This document shows positions 42,641 to 54,003 of a stretch of 64,000 nucleotides of DNA, piece after piece. The translations under genes were made by a program, and so were the position numbers. The notes beneath the pieces were generated by a model. The model ran no database searches, was not told the origin of the DNA, and saw only the letters and a program-made list of their open reading frames with translations. Position 1 is the first letter of the stretch; every line of letters begins with the position of its first letter. This DNA is from Pelagomonas calceolata (lineage: Eukaryota), in the NCBI GenBank assembly GCA_918797485.1, contig CAKKNE010000003.1:4340001-4404000 (forward strand). Reading direction: 5' to 3'.

Positions 42641-43989
42641 CTACGAGAAGGGGTTGTTGTCCGAGTAGGCCGGCGGCGCCGGCTGGGGCGAGACGACCGC
42701 GCCGTCGGCCGCGTCGAGCGCGTCCAGCGCCGAGAGCAGGCCCCGCGCCTCCGGCCGCGGTGGCACGAGGCCCTGGAGCAGTTCGGAGGCGCGCACGCCG
42801 ACGCGCTGGTAGTGGCGCTCGTTGACCGAGTTGCGCTCGTTGATCGAGGAGCCCTCGAGGGACACGCCGGCAAAGAGGCCGCGCGAGAGGGAGTAGGTGA
42901 AGACCGGCGCGGCCGCCGACGGCTGGGCGGCCACGGACGCCTCGCGCGAGGCGCCAATCGGCCCCGCCACCGCGCCGAGCTGCGCGCCGAGCGAGACGGC
43001 GCCGCCCTCGGAGAAGGACCTGCGCCGTGGTCGTCGCCCCCCTCCCGCGCCGTCGACGCGGCGCGCTTTTCCCCGCGGAGACGGACGCCGCCGCGCCACC
43101 GCAGCGCCGCATCCGTGTTGAGCACGACCAAAAAGTCCGCGACCTGCGCGCCCAGCTGGAAGCCGAACGACGCGCCCACCGTGCCGATGGCCGACGGCGC
43201 CGACCAGCCGCCCCGCGGGAGGCGCGCCACGACCAGGCCCGTGCCGAACCGCGCGGAGAAGGCGAATCCCGCCTTCGTGACGCGCAAAAAGGCCTGCGCG
43301 CGAATCGAGCAGCGAGTCCTTTCTCGGCCGCGCCGGCCGAAGCGAGCGGTGAAAGACCGCGCCGCCACGTCGTCGAGCTGCTATCACGAAGATGGCGTGG
43401 AGGCCATGCTTGATTTATGCGCCGCAAAAGGGCCAGGCCCCGCGCGCGCGCCAGCACGTCCCTCCGGGGGCCCGTCGTCGGGCTCTCGAGCATCTTCGCG
43501 AGGATGCGCTGGGCCTGCGTGTGATTGCCCTCGTGCGTCGCGTGGATGGTCCCGGCCCGCGGGAGCGAGGACCGCGCGTGTCGACGGACGCCGCGCCGGG
43601 GCCTTGTCGCACTCCTCGTCCAGCCGAAACGTCACGAGCCCGAGCTGGCCCTCGGACGCCGAGCGCCGTTCGAGGTTGAGCTGCAGCGGGCGGTCGGGCC
43701 GCGAGCGAATCGCGTCGACCACGTCGGGATACTTGAACGTCGGCGCGCCGCCGACCGCGACCACTCTATCGCCCAATTTCAGGCCCAATCGCTCCGCCTC
43801 GCCGCCCGGCGCCAGGGCCGAGAGCACGCCCTCCCCCCCGTGATCGCTCACCGTCAGGCCCAACGCCGAACCTTCGAACGTGACGACGACGCTCTCCGCG
43901 CGTCCCGTTTCCTTGCCTTGGACGCCTCTCGTCAGGTCCTCGGCCGAATTTTTTATCGTGTCTCCCAAGGATGAGAGCCAGCTCGACAT
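42641..43989 (-). CDS. PDZ + SYLF/Ysc84 domain protein, three introns
   Basis: ALGLTV...GLKLGDRVVAVGG (PDZ); KAGFAFSARFGTGLVVARL...WSAPSAIG...GFQLGAQ...FTYSLSRGLFAGVSLEG (SYLF). Confidence 0.9.
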
Positions 43990-44293
43990 TTTCGTGTCGG
44001 CGAGCTTCGTGGGGGGTCGCGGTGGTGGTGGTGGTGGTGTGTTCTCGCGTTCGTTCAGCGAACTGATGGTTGGATTTCAACGCGCCTGCGCGGGATCGGC
44101 TTGCTGCTGCGGAGGCCATGCGTCTCTTTTTTTTTGGCGCGGCGTGGCACAAGTTCCGCTGAGGTGGAGTAAAAGCGGGAGCAAAGCTATTGGTATTGCC
44201 AGCGTCGACGCACTATAACTAGCTTTTAGGCACACACCGACACATTCAGATACCCTGGCCAGGTAGCTGTATATTTAGAAATACGGTACCCCA

Positions 44294-44905
44294 TAGCAAG
44301 AGTATGTCGCAGCGTTATGTAAGTAGCAGGGTCCTAGCTGCAAAGCACCGTACCGTTTAGGACGGGAGCACAGGGTATGTGAGGTTTGCATCTTATAATT
44401 GTCTCCCCAATAGTACATAATTTCCTTAATGTGATTTAGTATAAATAACATAGTGAATTTAGGCTGGCGTGGGCGATTCGTTGTGTGTAGGGTAAGTAAG
44501 TAGGTAAGTAAGGAGAATAGGGGTATTCACCGTACTATAGTTTGCACTCCCCCTGTAGAAGGTCACAACATTGGATTGTTCAAGTTGTGGCTCCTACATC
44601 ATAAAGTGTTGGGGTGTTTTCTCTTTAGATTTCTTTTTGGGTGTTTTTCCTTGTTTAGGCATTCACTGTAAAACACTCTACGTCAATAGGCAGAACCCTG
44701 TGGGCCCATAACCTAGCAAGAGTATGTCGCAGCGTTATGTAAGTAGCAGGGTCCTAGCTAACCAGCCTAGGGCTGATAGGCCTGACTGCGAGAGTGTTTT
44801 ATAGTGAACTGTTGTTACACCGTAGTGCTTTTGACACTCGATGTATAGACTCAAATATTAGAGAGTGGGAGATACATATCTAGGGCTAGTAGGTTTCTCT
44901 CTCTA
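44294..44905 (-). mobile_element. Second family-A TRIM, disrupted by an LTR-B insertion and deletion
   Basis: TSD CCCCA on both sides; 5' LTR and PBS retained; 3' LTR cut at 44338. Confidence 0.85.
44339..44546 (-). repeat. LTR family B (208 bp)
   Basis: TGCAAA...TTTGCA ends with adjacent PPT (CTCCCCCT on +). Confidence 0.7.
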
Positions 44906-44974
44906 CCCCATTTGACGCACCTACGGTACACACCGTGGGTTTGGGAGCGCGCGACTCATCCGCGCCTGGGAACC

Positions 44975-46477
44975 ATGTTGAGACTGCTCCGGACCGTGCA
45001 GCTGTTGCTCCCGATGAGCGCAGCACGGATGATGGCTCGTGAGGCCCCCGCCATGCCTGACATTGAGGAGTACCGCGACGTCCCCATCCGCGCGTACAAT
45101 GTCCGGCGCCGCTGCCGGCCGCTTTGGCAGGCGATAGCGGCTCGGACAACGACCTCCGAGCGGCAGCTCGTGCTGCTGCCGACGAGCGGTCTAGGGGATA
45201 TGGCGAACGCGTTCGTCGCGGCCACGTACCTCGCGTTTCGGCACGCGCTCCGACTCCGCGCGCTGGACCACCGGGGCTTCAACGACTTTGGCCGCTACTT
45301 CTCGAGATGGAGCGCGGGCGGTACCAAGCTCGCGCTCGGCGGCAGCGAGCTACCCGTGCCGATGGATACACTATTAAAAGTGCCTACACGATGGGAGCAC
45401 TCGAAGGTGCGAATACTAGCGCCGGGCGTCGCCCACATAGACCTCACGCACTCGGGGGGGCGCTGGGCCGAGGGGTCGGACGCGTCCAGGTTCGACGCGG
45501 CCATGCGCAACGAATCGATGACGTGGATCTTCCTTTTCGCGGGCAACGCGGAACACTCCAAAATGAGACAGAACGGCCTCGTCGACGCGTGGCTGCCCGA
45601 TCCGATCGGCAAAGGTCGTGTGGGCGAATGGGACCACTGCGCGCTGCGCTACGCGATGAATATCAAACGGCACATCGTACAAACGGTGCCACCCAAGCCC
45701 GCAGACGTGTTGATTGGCATCCACATTCGTGCCTTGCGGTACCTCCGGGCGCTCGGGCCCAACGCCTCTTCTGTCGTGAAGGCGCCCAACCTTCGCGAAA
45801 AAAATGCTCAAGCCTGGAGCGGGAGCACGCGCGGCGCCCTGCGGGCCTTGAATTGGCCAAAGGGCACCACGTACTTTCAGCGCGCTACCGCCAATTACGT
45901 GTCAAAAATAGGTAGCGGAGAACTATCGTTAACAGAAGCGCTCGCCAAATTCAGCAAGGACGCCCAAGCACCACCCCCGTCGGTCGCGCTGCTGCCCCGC
46001 ATCCACGACGACACGTTCTTCCTCGACGTCGCCTGGAACGCGAGCGACTTTGACGGCCTTCGCCGGCACGCGAGCGCGATCGAACGCCGGGTGCCCGCGG
46101 GCCGGTCCGTGAAGTGGCTCGTCTTGGCCGACTCGCCGTCTCTTTTGAAGCTGCTCCGCACCGCCTGGCGGGACCACGTCGTCGCGTGGGAACCGTCGGT
46201 GCCCCTCCACGTCTCGTGGACGAGCCAGACGTCGGGCGGCGTGTACTGGAGCGACCGGAAGCACGACGAGGGATCCCTCCGCGTCGACCTGTCAGCCCAA
46301 TACGCCGACTGGCTCGCGCTGGGCGCGTGCGATTACATCCTCACGACTGGCTCAGGGTTTTCGACGTCCGCCCAACGGTACTCGGCCGCCGTGCGGACCG
46401 TCTTTTCGCAAGGTGGTGGATACCCCGCGTCGCGGCGCGTGCTCGGGGCGGTCCGCTCGGGCGTGACAGTCCTCTAG
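44975..46477 (+). CDS. Fucosyltransferase-like (GT-B; GT11/23/37-type motifs)
   Basis: SGLGDMANAF, IGIHIR, VLADS, DWLALGACDYILTTGSGFS; signal peptide. Confidence 0.75.
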   Translation: MLRLLRTVQLLLPMSAARMMAREAPAMPDIEEYRDVPIRAYNVRRRCRPLWQAIAARTTTSERQLVLLPTSGLGDMANAFVAATYLAFRHALRLRALDHRGFNDFGRYFSRWSAGGTKLALGGSELPVPMDTLLKVPTRWEHSKVRILAPGVAHIDLTHSGGRWAEGSDASRFDAAMRNESMTWIFLFAGNAEHSKMRQNGLVDAWLPDPIGKGRVGEWDHCALRYAMNIKRHIVQTVPPKPADVLIGIHIRALRYLRALGPNASSVVKAPNLREKNAQAWSGSTRGALRALNWPKGTTYFQRATANYVSKIGSGELSLTEALAKFSKDAQAPPPSVALLPRIHDDTFFLDVAWNASDFDGLRRHASAIERRVPAGRSVKWLVLADSPSLLKLLRTAWRDHVVAWEPSVPLHVSWTSQTSGGVYWSDRKHDEGSLRVDLSAQYADWLALGACDYILTTGSGFSTSAQRYSAAVRTVFSQGGGYPASRRVLGAVRSGVTVL

Positions 46478-46609
46478 CCTCCTCGCTCGCGGAAATGGCT
46501 GTTCTTAGTGCCAGTGCGCGGCGTGGAATCTTACGAGGACTCGGACATGCTGCACTTAATGTATATTGTTGTTCCTAGGGGCCGAGCCGCGCGGTCCTAC
46601 GATAGACAA

Positions 46610-48001
46610 TTAGGAAACACCCTCCCCACCACGCAACCCCAGACACGTCGTAAACCCCAGCGCCCCGAACTCCGACCCGCCCGCTGCACCGAATTCCCCG
46701 CCCGCCAGGAAGCCGACCAGCGGGCACTGGAGACGCCGCGCGTGCGCCCGCGCCTCCACGCCGGACTCGCCGTGGAAGTCCTCGGGCGCGCGCCCGAAAC
46801 ACGTCGCCACCAGTCCAAAGTCCGGGCGGAAGCCTCGCAACCGCGTGACCAGCTCCTCCTCGTAGCCGTCGGCGCCCTGCGCCTGGAGTGCCAGGGCGGC
46901 ACCCCGCGACGCGACGGACGCTGGCAGGTGAATCAGAACGGCGGCTGCGTCCACCAGCCCGCCCGCGGTGCCGCCCACGAGGTCGTCGTCGACGGCGCCG
47001 CCGCAGACGCGCCCGAGGCGCCCGGTCCTCACGTCGCCGCCTGTGTGGGGATAGAATTTCGGATAACCTAACTCACTGGATGATTTCCACACAGGTCGCC
47101 GCGGGCGCCGAGCGCGTCGCCGAACGCCGCGTCGCCGTAGAGGACCAGCACCAGGTCCCGCGGCGCCGCGCCGCGCGCGCGCAGCCACGCCTCCGCGAAC
47201 GCGGCCTGGCACGCGTCGGACCGCTTGAAGCCCTTCTTTGAGGCGGCCTGCGGCGGTCGCGGCGGTTTCGAGCGCTCGCCCCGATGGCGTCGACGCTCCG
47301 GCCCGACGGAGACGAGAAACCGGACGCCGCGTCGCGACCTCCTCGCGCCGCACCGCATCCAATAAGAGCGGCGGCGCCGCCGCCGCCGCGCGCGCCGCTG
47401 CCGCAGAAGACGCATCCGGGGGGAACGGCGGCGCCGGCCGCGGCGCCTGCCCCGACACGACGCCGCGGGCCGCCTTGTCGGCCCGTCGCCGGCGACCGGG
47501 CAGGGCGAGCAGCCCCGGCGGCCCCGCGCCCCGGGCGCCCCTCAAGAGCAGCACGGCGCAGCCGCCCGCGTCCACGACCTCCTGCAGGGCCCCGGCGACG
47601 GGTCCGAACACGCCCGGCGCCCGGCCGCAGGCCACGAGGCACGCGCGCGGCAGGCGCGCCCGCACGTCGGCCTCGAGCGTCCGGACGCCGTTGCCGTCCG
47701 AGTAGCAGGCCGCGTCCTCCGTCGCGAAGATCAACGCGACCTCGGGCGCCCATTGTAGATTGCGCGTCAGCGCGGCCAGCGCGCAGGCAACCTCGCTCCG
47801 CCCCTCGCACTCCTCCGTCCTGACGAGCAGGGCGACAGCAGCTGCCGGGCCCGCGCCCTCCGCGGTCCGCCGCCCCGCGACGCGGCGCGTGACGTCGCGC
47901 CAGCGCCGGCAGCAGGCGCCCGCGCGGAGAAGGGCCGGCGCCGATAAAGTCGCCAGCAGCGGCGGCGCGACGCCCGGGAAGAGGTCGAGCGGGTCTGCCA
48001 T
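46610..48001 (-). CDS. F-box + FIST domain protein (FBXO22-like), two introns
   Basis: LLATLSAPALLRAGACCRRWR (F-box); FGLVATCFGR...E...PLVGFLAGGEFG (FIST_C); introns at about 47248-47446 and 47041-47102. Confidence 0.8.
   Translation of the reverse strand: MADPLDLFPGVAPPLLATLSAPALLRAGACCRRWRDVTRRVAGRRTAEGAGPAAAVALLVRTEECEGRSEVACALAALTRNLQWAPEVALIFATEDAACYSDGNGVRTLEADVRARLPRACLVACGRAPGVFGPVAGALQEVVDAGGCAVLLLRGARGAGPPGLLALPGRRRRADKAARGVVSGQAPRPAPPFPPDASSAAAARAAAAAPPLLLDAVRREEVATRRPVSRLRRAGASTPSGRALETAATAAGRLKEGLQAVRRVPGRVRGGVAARARRGAAGPGAGPLRRRGVRRRARRPRRPVWKSSSELGYPKFYPHTGGDVRTGRLGRVCGGAVDDDLVGGTAGGLVDAAAVLIHLPASVASRGAALALQAQGADGYEEELVTRLRGFRPDFGLVATCFGRAPEDFHGESGVEARAHARRLQCPLVGFLAGGEFGAAGGSEFGALGFTTCLGLRGGEGVS
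47041..47094. mobile_element. Mini introner (54 bp)
   Basis: TIRs CTGTGTGG / CCACACAG; perfect 8-bp TSD GTCGCCGC. Confidence 0.9.
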
Positions 48002-48366
48002 GTCCCAGAGGTTTCTCGAAAAGCTCGATAAGGCTCCCTAGTTTAACCCCGGGGTGTGCTCACAACACACACCCGGGTCTGCGTTTGCGTGTCGCTAGTG
48101 CGGCCTTGAGAGCAGGCTTCGTATGAGTTCCGGTGCGCTACCGGGTCCGGACCTCTCCTGCGCGTGATTCCAGCGTGCTTTGCATATATGCGCATAGCTT
48201 TGTAGGGAGGCCTGAGGGGCTAGGGTAGGGGGGTTTCGAGCCTAGTGAGTCTGCACGTCTGTCGACACTTGCAGAGGAATAGTGGCCTCCCCATTGGACA
48301 TAAAGCAGGCAGAATCGTATTATCGTAAGATTTACAAGAGTGCCAAGAACATTACGATTCCTAGCG

Positions 48367-48570
48367 TGTAGAAAATAAGGGGCTGCAATGTGTGTTGCTA
48401 AAAATACTAGGCAGTGAGGTGCCTAGGAGCACGGCAGTGCTTTGCACTGATTCCCTAGTTGCCAGACCCCGTGGTACTGAAGTACGGAGAGAGGTTGTGC
48501 TCATACGCGTTCTAATAGTCTAGGAGGGAATAAGGACTACTAGGGTAAGGATAGGGGTATTTTTCTAGCA
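48367..48570 (-). repeat. Solo LTR related to family C (204 bp)
   Basis: First 28 nt identical to the LTR C end; other end GGGGTATTTTTCTAGCA similar; no TSD. Confidence 0.6.
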
Positions 48571-49486
48571 TATGTACAGCCAGTGCGGTAATGGCAACCG
48601 AAAAGATCGATCTCAACATCAAGAGGATTGCAGCTAGTCTAAGACGGGGCCGGACGCCACCATAGGGATTCGCTCCACCGAGCGCCCGAACCCCGCGCAT
48701 TGGTCGGCGGGACTCATAGGGCCCTCTTAAGGGCCGGCTGAGGTCAGGGGGGTGTACGGGGATCGGGACTAGGGCGCAGCGGCGCGCTGAAAACGGCAAA
48801 AACCCGTGAATCTCGATTAAACGAGATTTTGTTTTGGCCTCGTGCGCAGCCTAAACGCACCCATAGGCAGCCCCAAGCTATTTCTGACCGCTCAAGGGGT
48901 CGGCCGAGGCGGTGCGCCAAGAAAAAGCGCGGCAGCACAACATTTCGCGATGCGCCAAAATCGCTCTCCCACCACATGATGTGCGATACGTGATGTGGGC
49001 ACGCCACTGCACAAAAAACGGTGCGGACAGTACGATGGGTATGCCCTGAGCCCCGCGGACAACTTCAAGCGCTCGAAAAGCTGGAAATCATTGCACAGCG
49101 GCGGCCGCGTCGAGGTCGACGCGGGACGAATAGAGAGCTTCGAGGGCGCTCCTGCGAGAAACCACGGGCCCGGGGACCGGCGCGGGGTTATAGTCGATGC
49201 GGACGACGACGATGCGGAGGACGACGACGTCGATTTGGAACTTTGAGTCTCCGCCGTCCGGCCCGCGGCCTGCCCGCGGCCGGCGCACCCCAAAGCCCCC
49301 TACCGTTTGCAGCCCCTGTTTTGCGTGAATATTAGTTATTACCTTAAGTATGTTCGTAGCAAGTTTCCGGGTTCAAGCTATTCAGGGAGAAAAGCTACGG
49401 TAATTTCTCACTTTGGCGTCCGGCCCCTTAGTCTAAGTATCTATTCTACTTACAAGCCACTGACTCACCCGAAACGCAAAGAGCTG

Positions 49487-49733
49487 CCGCGCACCCTCGC
49501 GAGCGAGTGGCACGCGTAGCCGCCGGGCCCCGTCAGCATCTCAATCGGCACGTATAGAACGCCCGGGCGCAAGGCCCCGGTCTTAGTTGGCACGCTCTGC
49601 GGCATGAAGTGGCCGTCTCCCGGGGAGTGGCTCGCTTTTTTACGTGCTCGCCTGTCCAGCGCCGCTGCGAACTCGGCAAAGGACGCGTTCGCGTTTCCGT
49701 CCAGTTCGTGAAAGGGCGCTCCAAGAGACTTCC
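49487..49733 (-). pseudogene. Partial duplicate of the sulfotransferase CDS
   Basis: Near-identical to about 50089-50335 (offset 602). Confidence 0.9.
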
Positions 49734-49769
49734 ACGCGCCCCCGCGCCAAAGCAAGGGAGGACGTGCGC

Positions 49770-50852
49770 TCAAACGTCGAGCCCGCACACGTCACGGAGC
49801 CGCCCGAGCTGCACCTCGCAGGCGGAACGGAAGGCCGCGCAGGTCTCCAACGCCGGTGCCCGGCAGGCGCTCACGTACATTTCCACGTCGGCTCGGTAGA
49901 GGCAGCCCACGACCTTCCTACAGAACGCCGTGTTATTCCAGAAGGAGTCGTAGTTAGGGGTCTTCTTGGCGGACCGCACTTTGGCGAAGGACCAGTGCTC
50001 GCTTCCCGGGGGACTGCTCGTGGCCTTTGTAATGTAGTGCCGCGAATTATCGCCCTGCGCCGCCGCCTCTGCCGCCTTGAGGCCCGTGCCGCGCACCCTC
50101 GCGAGCGAGTGGCACGCGTAGCCGCCGGGTTCCGTCAGCATCTCAATCGGCACGTATAGAACGCCCGGGCGCAAGGCCCCGGTCCTAGTTGGCACGCTCT
50201 GCGGCATGAAGTGGCCGTCTCCCGGGGAGTGGCTCGCTTTTTTACGTGCTCGCCTGTCCAGCGCCGCTGCGAACTCGGCAAAGGACGCGTTCGCGTTTCC
50301 GTCCAGTTCGTGAAAGGGCGCTCCAAGAGATTTCCAGTAGAGGAGCGTGTGGATGTAGGAGCTGATGGCGCGATCGAGGGGATTCCGCACGATGGCGACG
50401 CAGAGCCACCCCGTCCCCGGCGCGCACGAGGCCAAGTGCCCTGGCGTGGGCAGGCGGCCTTTGGCCTGCTGGAAGACTTCGTGCGAGTATCGCAGCGGAT
50501 ACCCTTTAAAGTGTACCGCCGCGCCCGTCAAGTTCACCCGCGCCAACATGAGCCGTTCGACGAGCGTCGCTCCGGCCTTGGGCGAGCTCATCAGCAACAG
50601 CTTAATGGTTGGATCGACCATCGAGGCAGCTGGACTGATTTCCCCGTTTTTCACCAAAGGCTGGCATTGGCGTTGACCGGCGGCCGGCTGACCTCGATCC
50701 TGACGTGTAGCCTTGGACTTGCCATGGGCCACGGGAATGGGATGAACTTTCTGGGGATGATGGGTGCCGCTATGACGGGCATGCCTTGCTAGCGGTTTGG
50801 CGATGCTAGCGCCCGCGACGATCAGCAGCACCAGCGTTCGAATCGCGTGCAT
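49770..50852 (-). CDS. Sulfotransferase (Sulfotransfer_2 / CHST-like)
   Basis: SSPKAGATL (5'-PSB), IVRNPLDRAISSY (3'-PB), HFMPQS; signal anchor. Confidence 0.88.
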   Translation of the reverse strand: MHAIRTLVLLIVAGASIAKPLARHARHSGTHHPQKVHPIPVAHGKSKATRQDRGQPAAGQRQCQPLVKNGEISPAASMVDPTIKLLLMSSPKAGATLVERLMLARVNLTGAAVHFKGYPLRYSHEVFQQAKGRLPTPGHLASCAPGTGWLCVAIVRNPLDRAISSYIHTLLYWKSLGAPFHELDGNANASFAEFAAALDRRARKKASHSPGDGHFMPQSVPTRTGALRPGVLYVPIEMLTEPGGYACHSLARVRGTGLKAAEAAAQGDNSRHYITKATSSPPGSEHWSFAKVRSAKKTPNYDSFWNNTAFCRKVVGCLYRADVEMYVSACRAPALETCAAFRSACEVQLGRLRDVCGLDV

Positions 50853-51525
50853 AGGGCACTCACGGTGTACACACCAGTGCGATGCAGAGGTGTAATTCCG
50901 AACTTGCAGAGTCTAACGAAATAGTAGTCCCGTCTTTGGTGGATCGGGCGTCTCCCAGGCCGGGGTGCTACCGACGGCGACCAACTCGAGGATGTATCTC
51001 TACTTGCTCATTGATAGGGTAATCCATATGACAAGTGATAGGCTTCATGAGCAATGTGCAGCTGCAAATTTTGGCTTAAGCTCTTTGTGTGTGATTATGT
51101 ATTTTGACGACGTCGAGCTAGAAATGATTATGTATTTTTAAGCGAGAACCTACAACCCTAGATATGTATCTCCCGTACAGCGATTGTGCTATGATCCTGT
51201 AGTTACCTTTATCTAGAGCTCCTCTCAGGTTCTAGTAGATATCAGAGGCTAGTGGCCTGTATCCTAGGATACTAGTACTTCCTTCTCCCTCTTAATCTGC
51301 GAAGAATATACCCCTACTAGGCCTCTTACCGTAGGTACTCTCCTACCTGGCTTAGCTCACCTTGACGTAATGAGGGCTTACCACATTCATTCTTAGTGCC
51401 TAGTATTACACGGGTAGTCACTACGCCAAACTCACTCACACCGTTGCAAAGGGTTGGTATACGAGCTGTACGCGAAAAACAAGCTATCCAGCAACCATGC
51501 TTCTGAGCGGTACGGCCAGCAACCA

Positions 51526-53890
51526 ATGAGCCTCGACCGAGCGATCGCCCTCGCCCAGGCGGCCGTCGCGGCCGACCGCAAGGGCGACCGAAGCGCCGCC
51601 AAGGACTGCTTCGTCGAGGCCGCCTCGCAACTGCTCGCCGTCGTCAAGGCCGAGCCCGACCGGACGAAGGCCGCCAAGCTCGCGCAGCGCATGGAGTCCT
51701 ACGTCGCGCGGGCGGAGCAACTCGCGGCCGTCTCGAAACCGCCGCCGCCGCCGCCGAAGCGGCAGCCACCACGGGCGCGCGCGTCGACGACGGCCAACTA
51801 CTTCTCGGCCGACGCCGCCTTCCGAAGAGACGTCGAGACGGCGCGGCAGGCGTGCCGGGCCATCGAGCGCCAAGCGAGCGACTACGCGGACGCGGGCTTC
51901 GGGGGCCGCAGGGCCCTGGGGCGCGGCAAGGGCACGGAGGCGGTCGTCGGCTGGCGGCGCGCGCGCGAACTGGCCGACAAGGTCTTCGACGGCGACCCGA
52001 GCCCGCGCGACGTCGACCAGGGCGCGCGGCGCGGTGCAGAATGCACACCGTGAAATATGCTCGGGCGCGCCCGACGTTCTGGTCGATGCCACGCAGGCGC
52101 TCGGCGACTGCTGGCTCCTGTCGTCGCTCAGCGTCCTCGCGCACTTCCCGGAGCTCGTGCGGCGGGTCCTCGCCACGCCCCGTGCATGAATCAAACTGTC
52201 GCGACGCGTCTCCACCACGGCTCACTCATGGCCTCCACGCCATCGACGCGATGCCAGCTCGATGGCGTGGCGGTGGGGGTCTCTCACCGCTCGATTCGGT
52301 CAGCACGGGCACCCGACTCACTGGTTGATTACGCACAGGTCACGCCCGACCTGTCCGCGCGGGGCGTCTACGCGTGCCGGCTGTGCCGGGCGGGCGAGTG
52401 GCGCGTCGTCTACGTCGACGAGCTCCTCCCCGTCCGGCGGGACGGGCGGGCGGCCTTCTGCCAGGTCGCGACCGCGCTGTGGCCCGCGCTCGTGGAAAAG
52501 GCGCGGCCCCGGCGTCTGATGTCGCGGCGATGGCGCACTGCGACACTCCAACCGCTCGCGAACGCAGGCGTGCGCAAAGATCTTTGGGTGTTATAGCGCC
52601 CTGGACCAGGGCAACGCGGCCGAGGCGCTCGGGCTCCTCACGGGGCTGCCGACGGACGTCGTGCCGTGCCATCGTCCCGGCCTCTGCGAAACGCTGGAGC
52701 GGGCCCACGGCGCGGGTTTCGTGCTGAGCGCGTCGTGCGGCCGGGACGACGTCCCGGAGGGCGCCTTCGAGCGCGTCGGGTTACTCTCGGCCCACGAGTA
52801 CGCCATCCTGAGGATCGCTGCCCTGCCGGACGGCCGCCGCTTGATTCAGTTGCGGAATCCGTGGGCGCGCGGCGAGTGGCGGGGGGCCTGGTCGCGGCAC
52901 GCGCCGGAGTGGCGCTCCCTACCGGCGTCGGTGGTGGCGGCCTGCAACCGCCGGGGGTCGCTCGATCGGGACGACGGCGTCTTCTGGATGGAGCCAGGAG
53001 ACTTCGCGCGGCACTTCCGCGAGGTGACGGTCTGCCGCCTGCGGCGGAACTTCGCGCAGGCGCGGTGGCCCGTCGACACGCCGAAGTCGCTGGACGCGCC
53101 GGCCGCGGCCTTCGAGATTTGTTGCACGAGGGATACGACGCTCGACGCCGCGCTCCTCCAGCGGACGGGCCGCGGCCTGGGCCCGCACCACGTCATGGGC
53201 GACGCGCTCCTGCTGATCTTCGAGAGTGATCGGGACTTCTCGCGCGCGAGCCTCGTGGACGGCCGCGCGACGCTCGCGAGGGCGGCCGTGACGCAGCGGT
53301 CGACGCTGCCGCCGGTCGCCGCGCCGGGCGTCCTAGAGCTGCGGGCGGGCCGCCGGTACGCGGCCGTGCCGCTGTGTTTCAATTGGAGATGCCTGGGCCT
53401 CGCGCGCCAGCTCACGGCGGTCCTCTACTCGTCCCGCGAGCTCGAGGACGTGCGCGCGCTCGGGCTCACGGCCGACGCGGTCGCGGCGTGCCTGCGAGCG
53501 GCCATCTTGGACGGCGGCGCCTTGCTCTCGTCGAAGCAGGACGCCTCCACGAAGATCTACGAGCTCGACGGGCTCTTCCTCGCCGAGAACCACGCGCGCG
53601 ACGCCCACGTGACGGTGAAGCTCGGGCTCGGCCGCGCCGAGAACCTCATTAGCTCGCGTCACGGCGGCGTCATCGACCCTAGTAAACCGGGCTCTACGTA
53701 CAACGTCGAGGACACGCTCCCCGCGAAGACGTGGCAGCTCCTGTTGGTTCGGTCGCCCTTCAAGGGCTCCTGGGCCATCGAAAACACGTCCGTCAGGTGG
53801 TCCGTCGCCGCCGGCGCGCGCGAGCGGCACCTCCCGCCCGTGGCGCCGGGCGGCCTCCACGCGTGTTACGCGCTCGCCGCCGCCGCCTAG
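51526..53890 (+). CDS. MIT-domain calpain; introns 52024-52096, 52172-52338, 52501-52567
   Basis: MIT helices; spliced QGALGDCW, WPALVEKACAK, SAHEYAI, QLRNPW give an intact C-H-N triad. Confidence 0.92.
52180..52338. mobile_element. Diverged introner of the same family
   Basis: Internal homology to the revcomp of 27426-27571; TSD GCCACGCC/GTCACGCC; ends ...TTGATTACGCACAG. Confidence 0.85.
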
Positions 53891-54003
53891 TTTTCTTCTA
53901 ATGGTGAATTGTGTTAAAATCCTCCCCACTGGCACGCCCCACGCCTCGAGCTCCTGGACCTACCAGTCGTGAAGGTCCGAGTCAAGTTCTCTTAATGGTT
54001 GTG

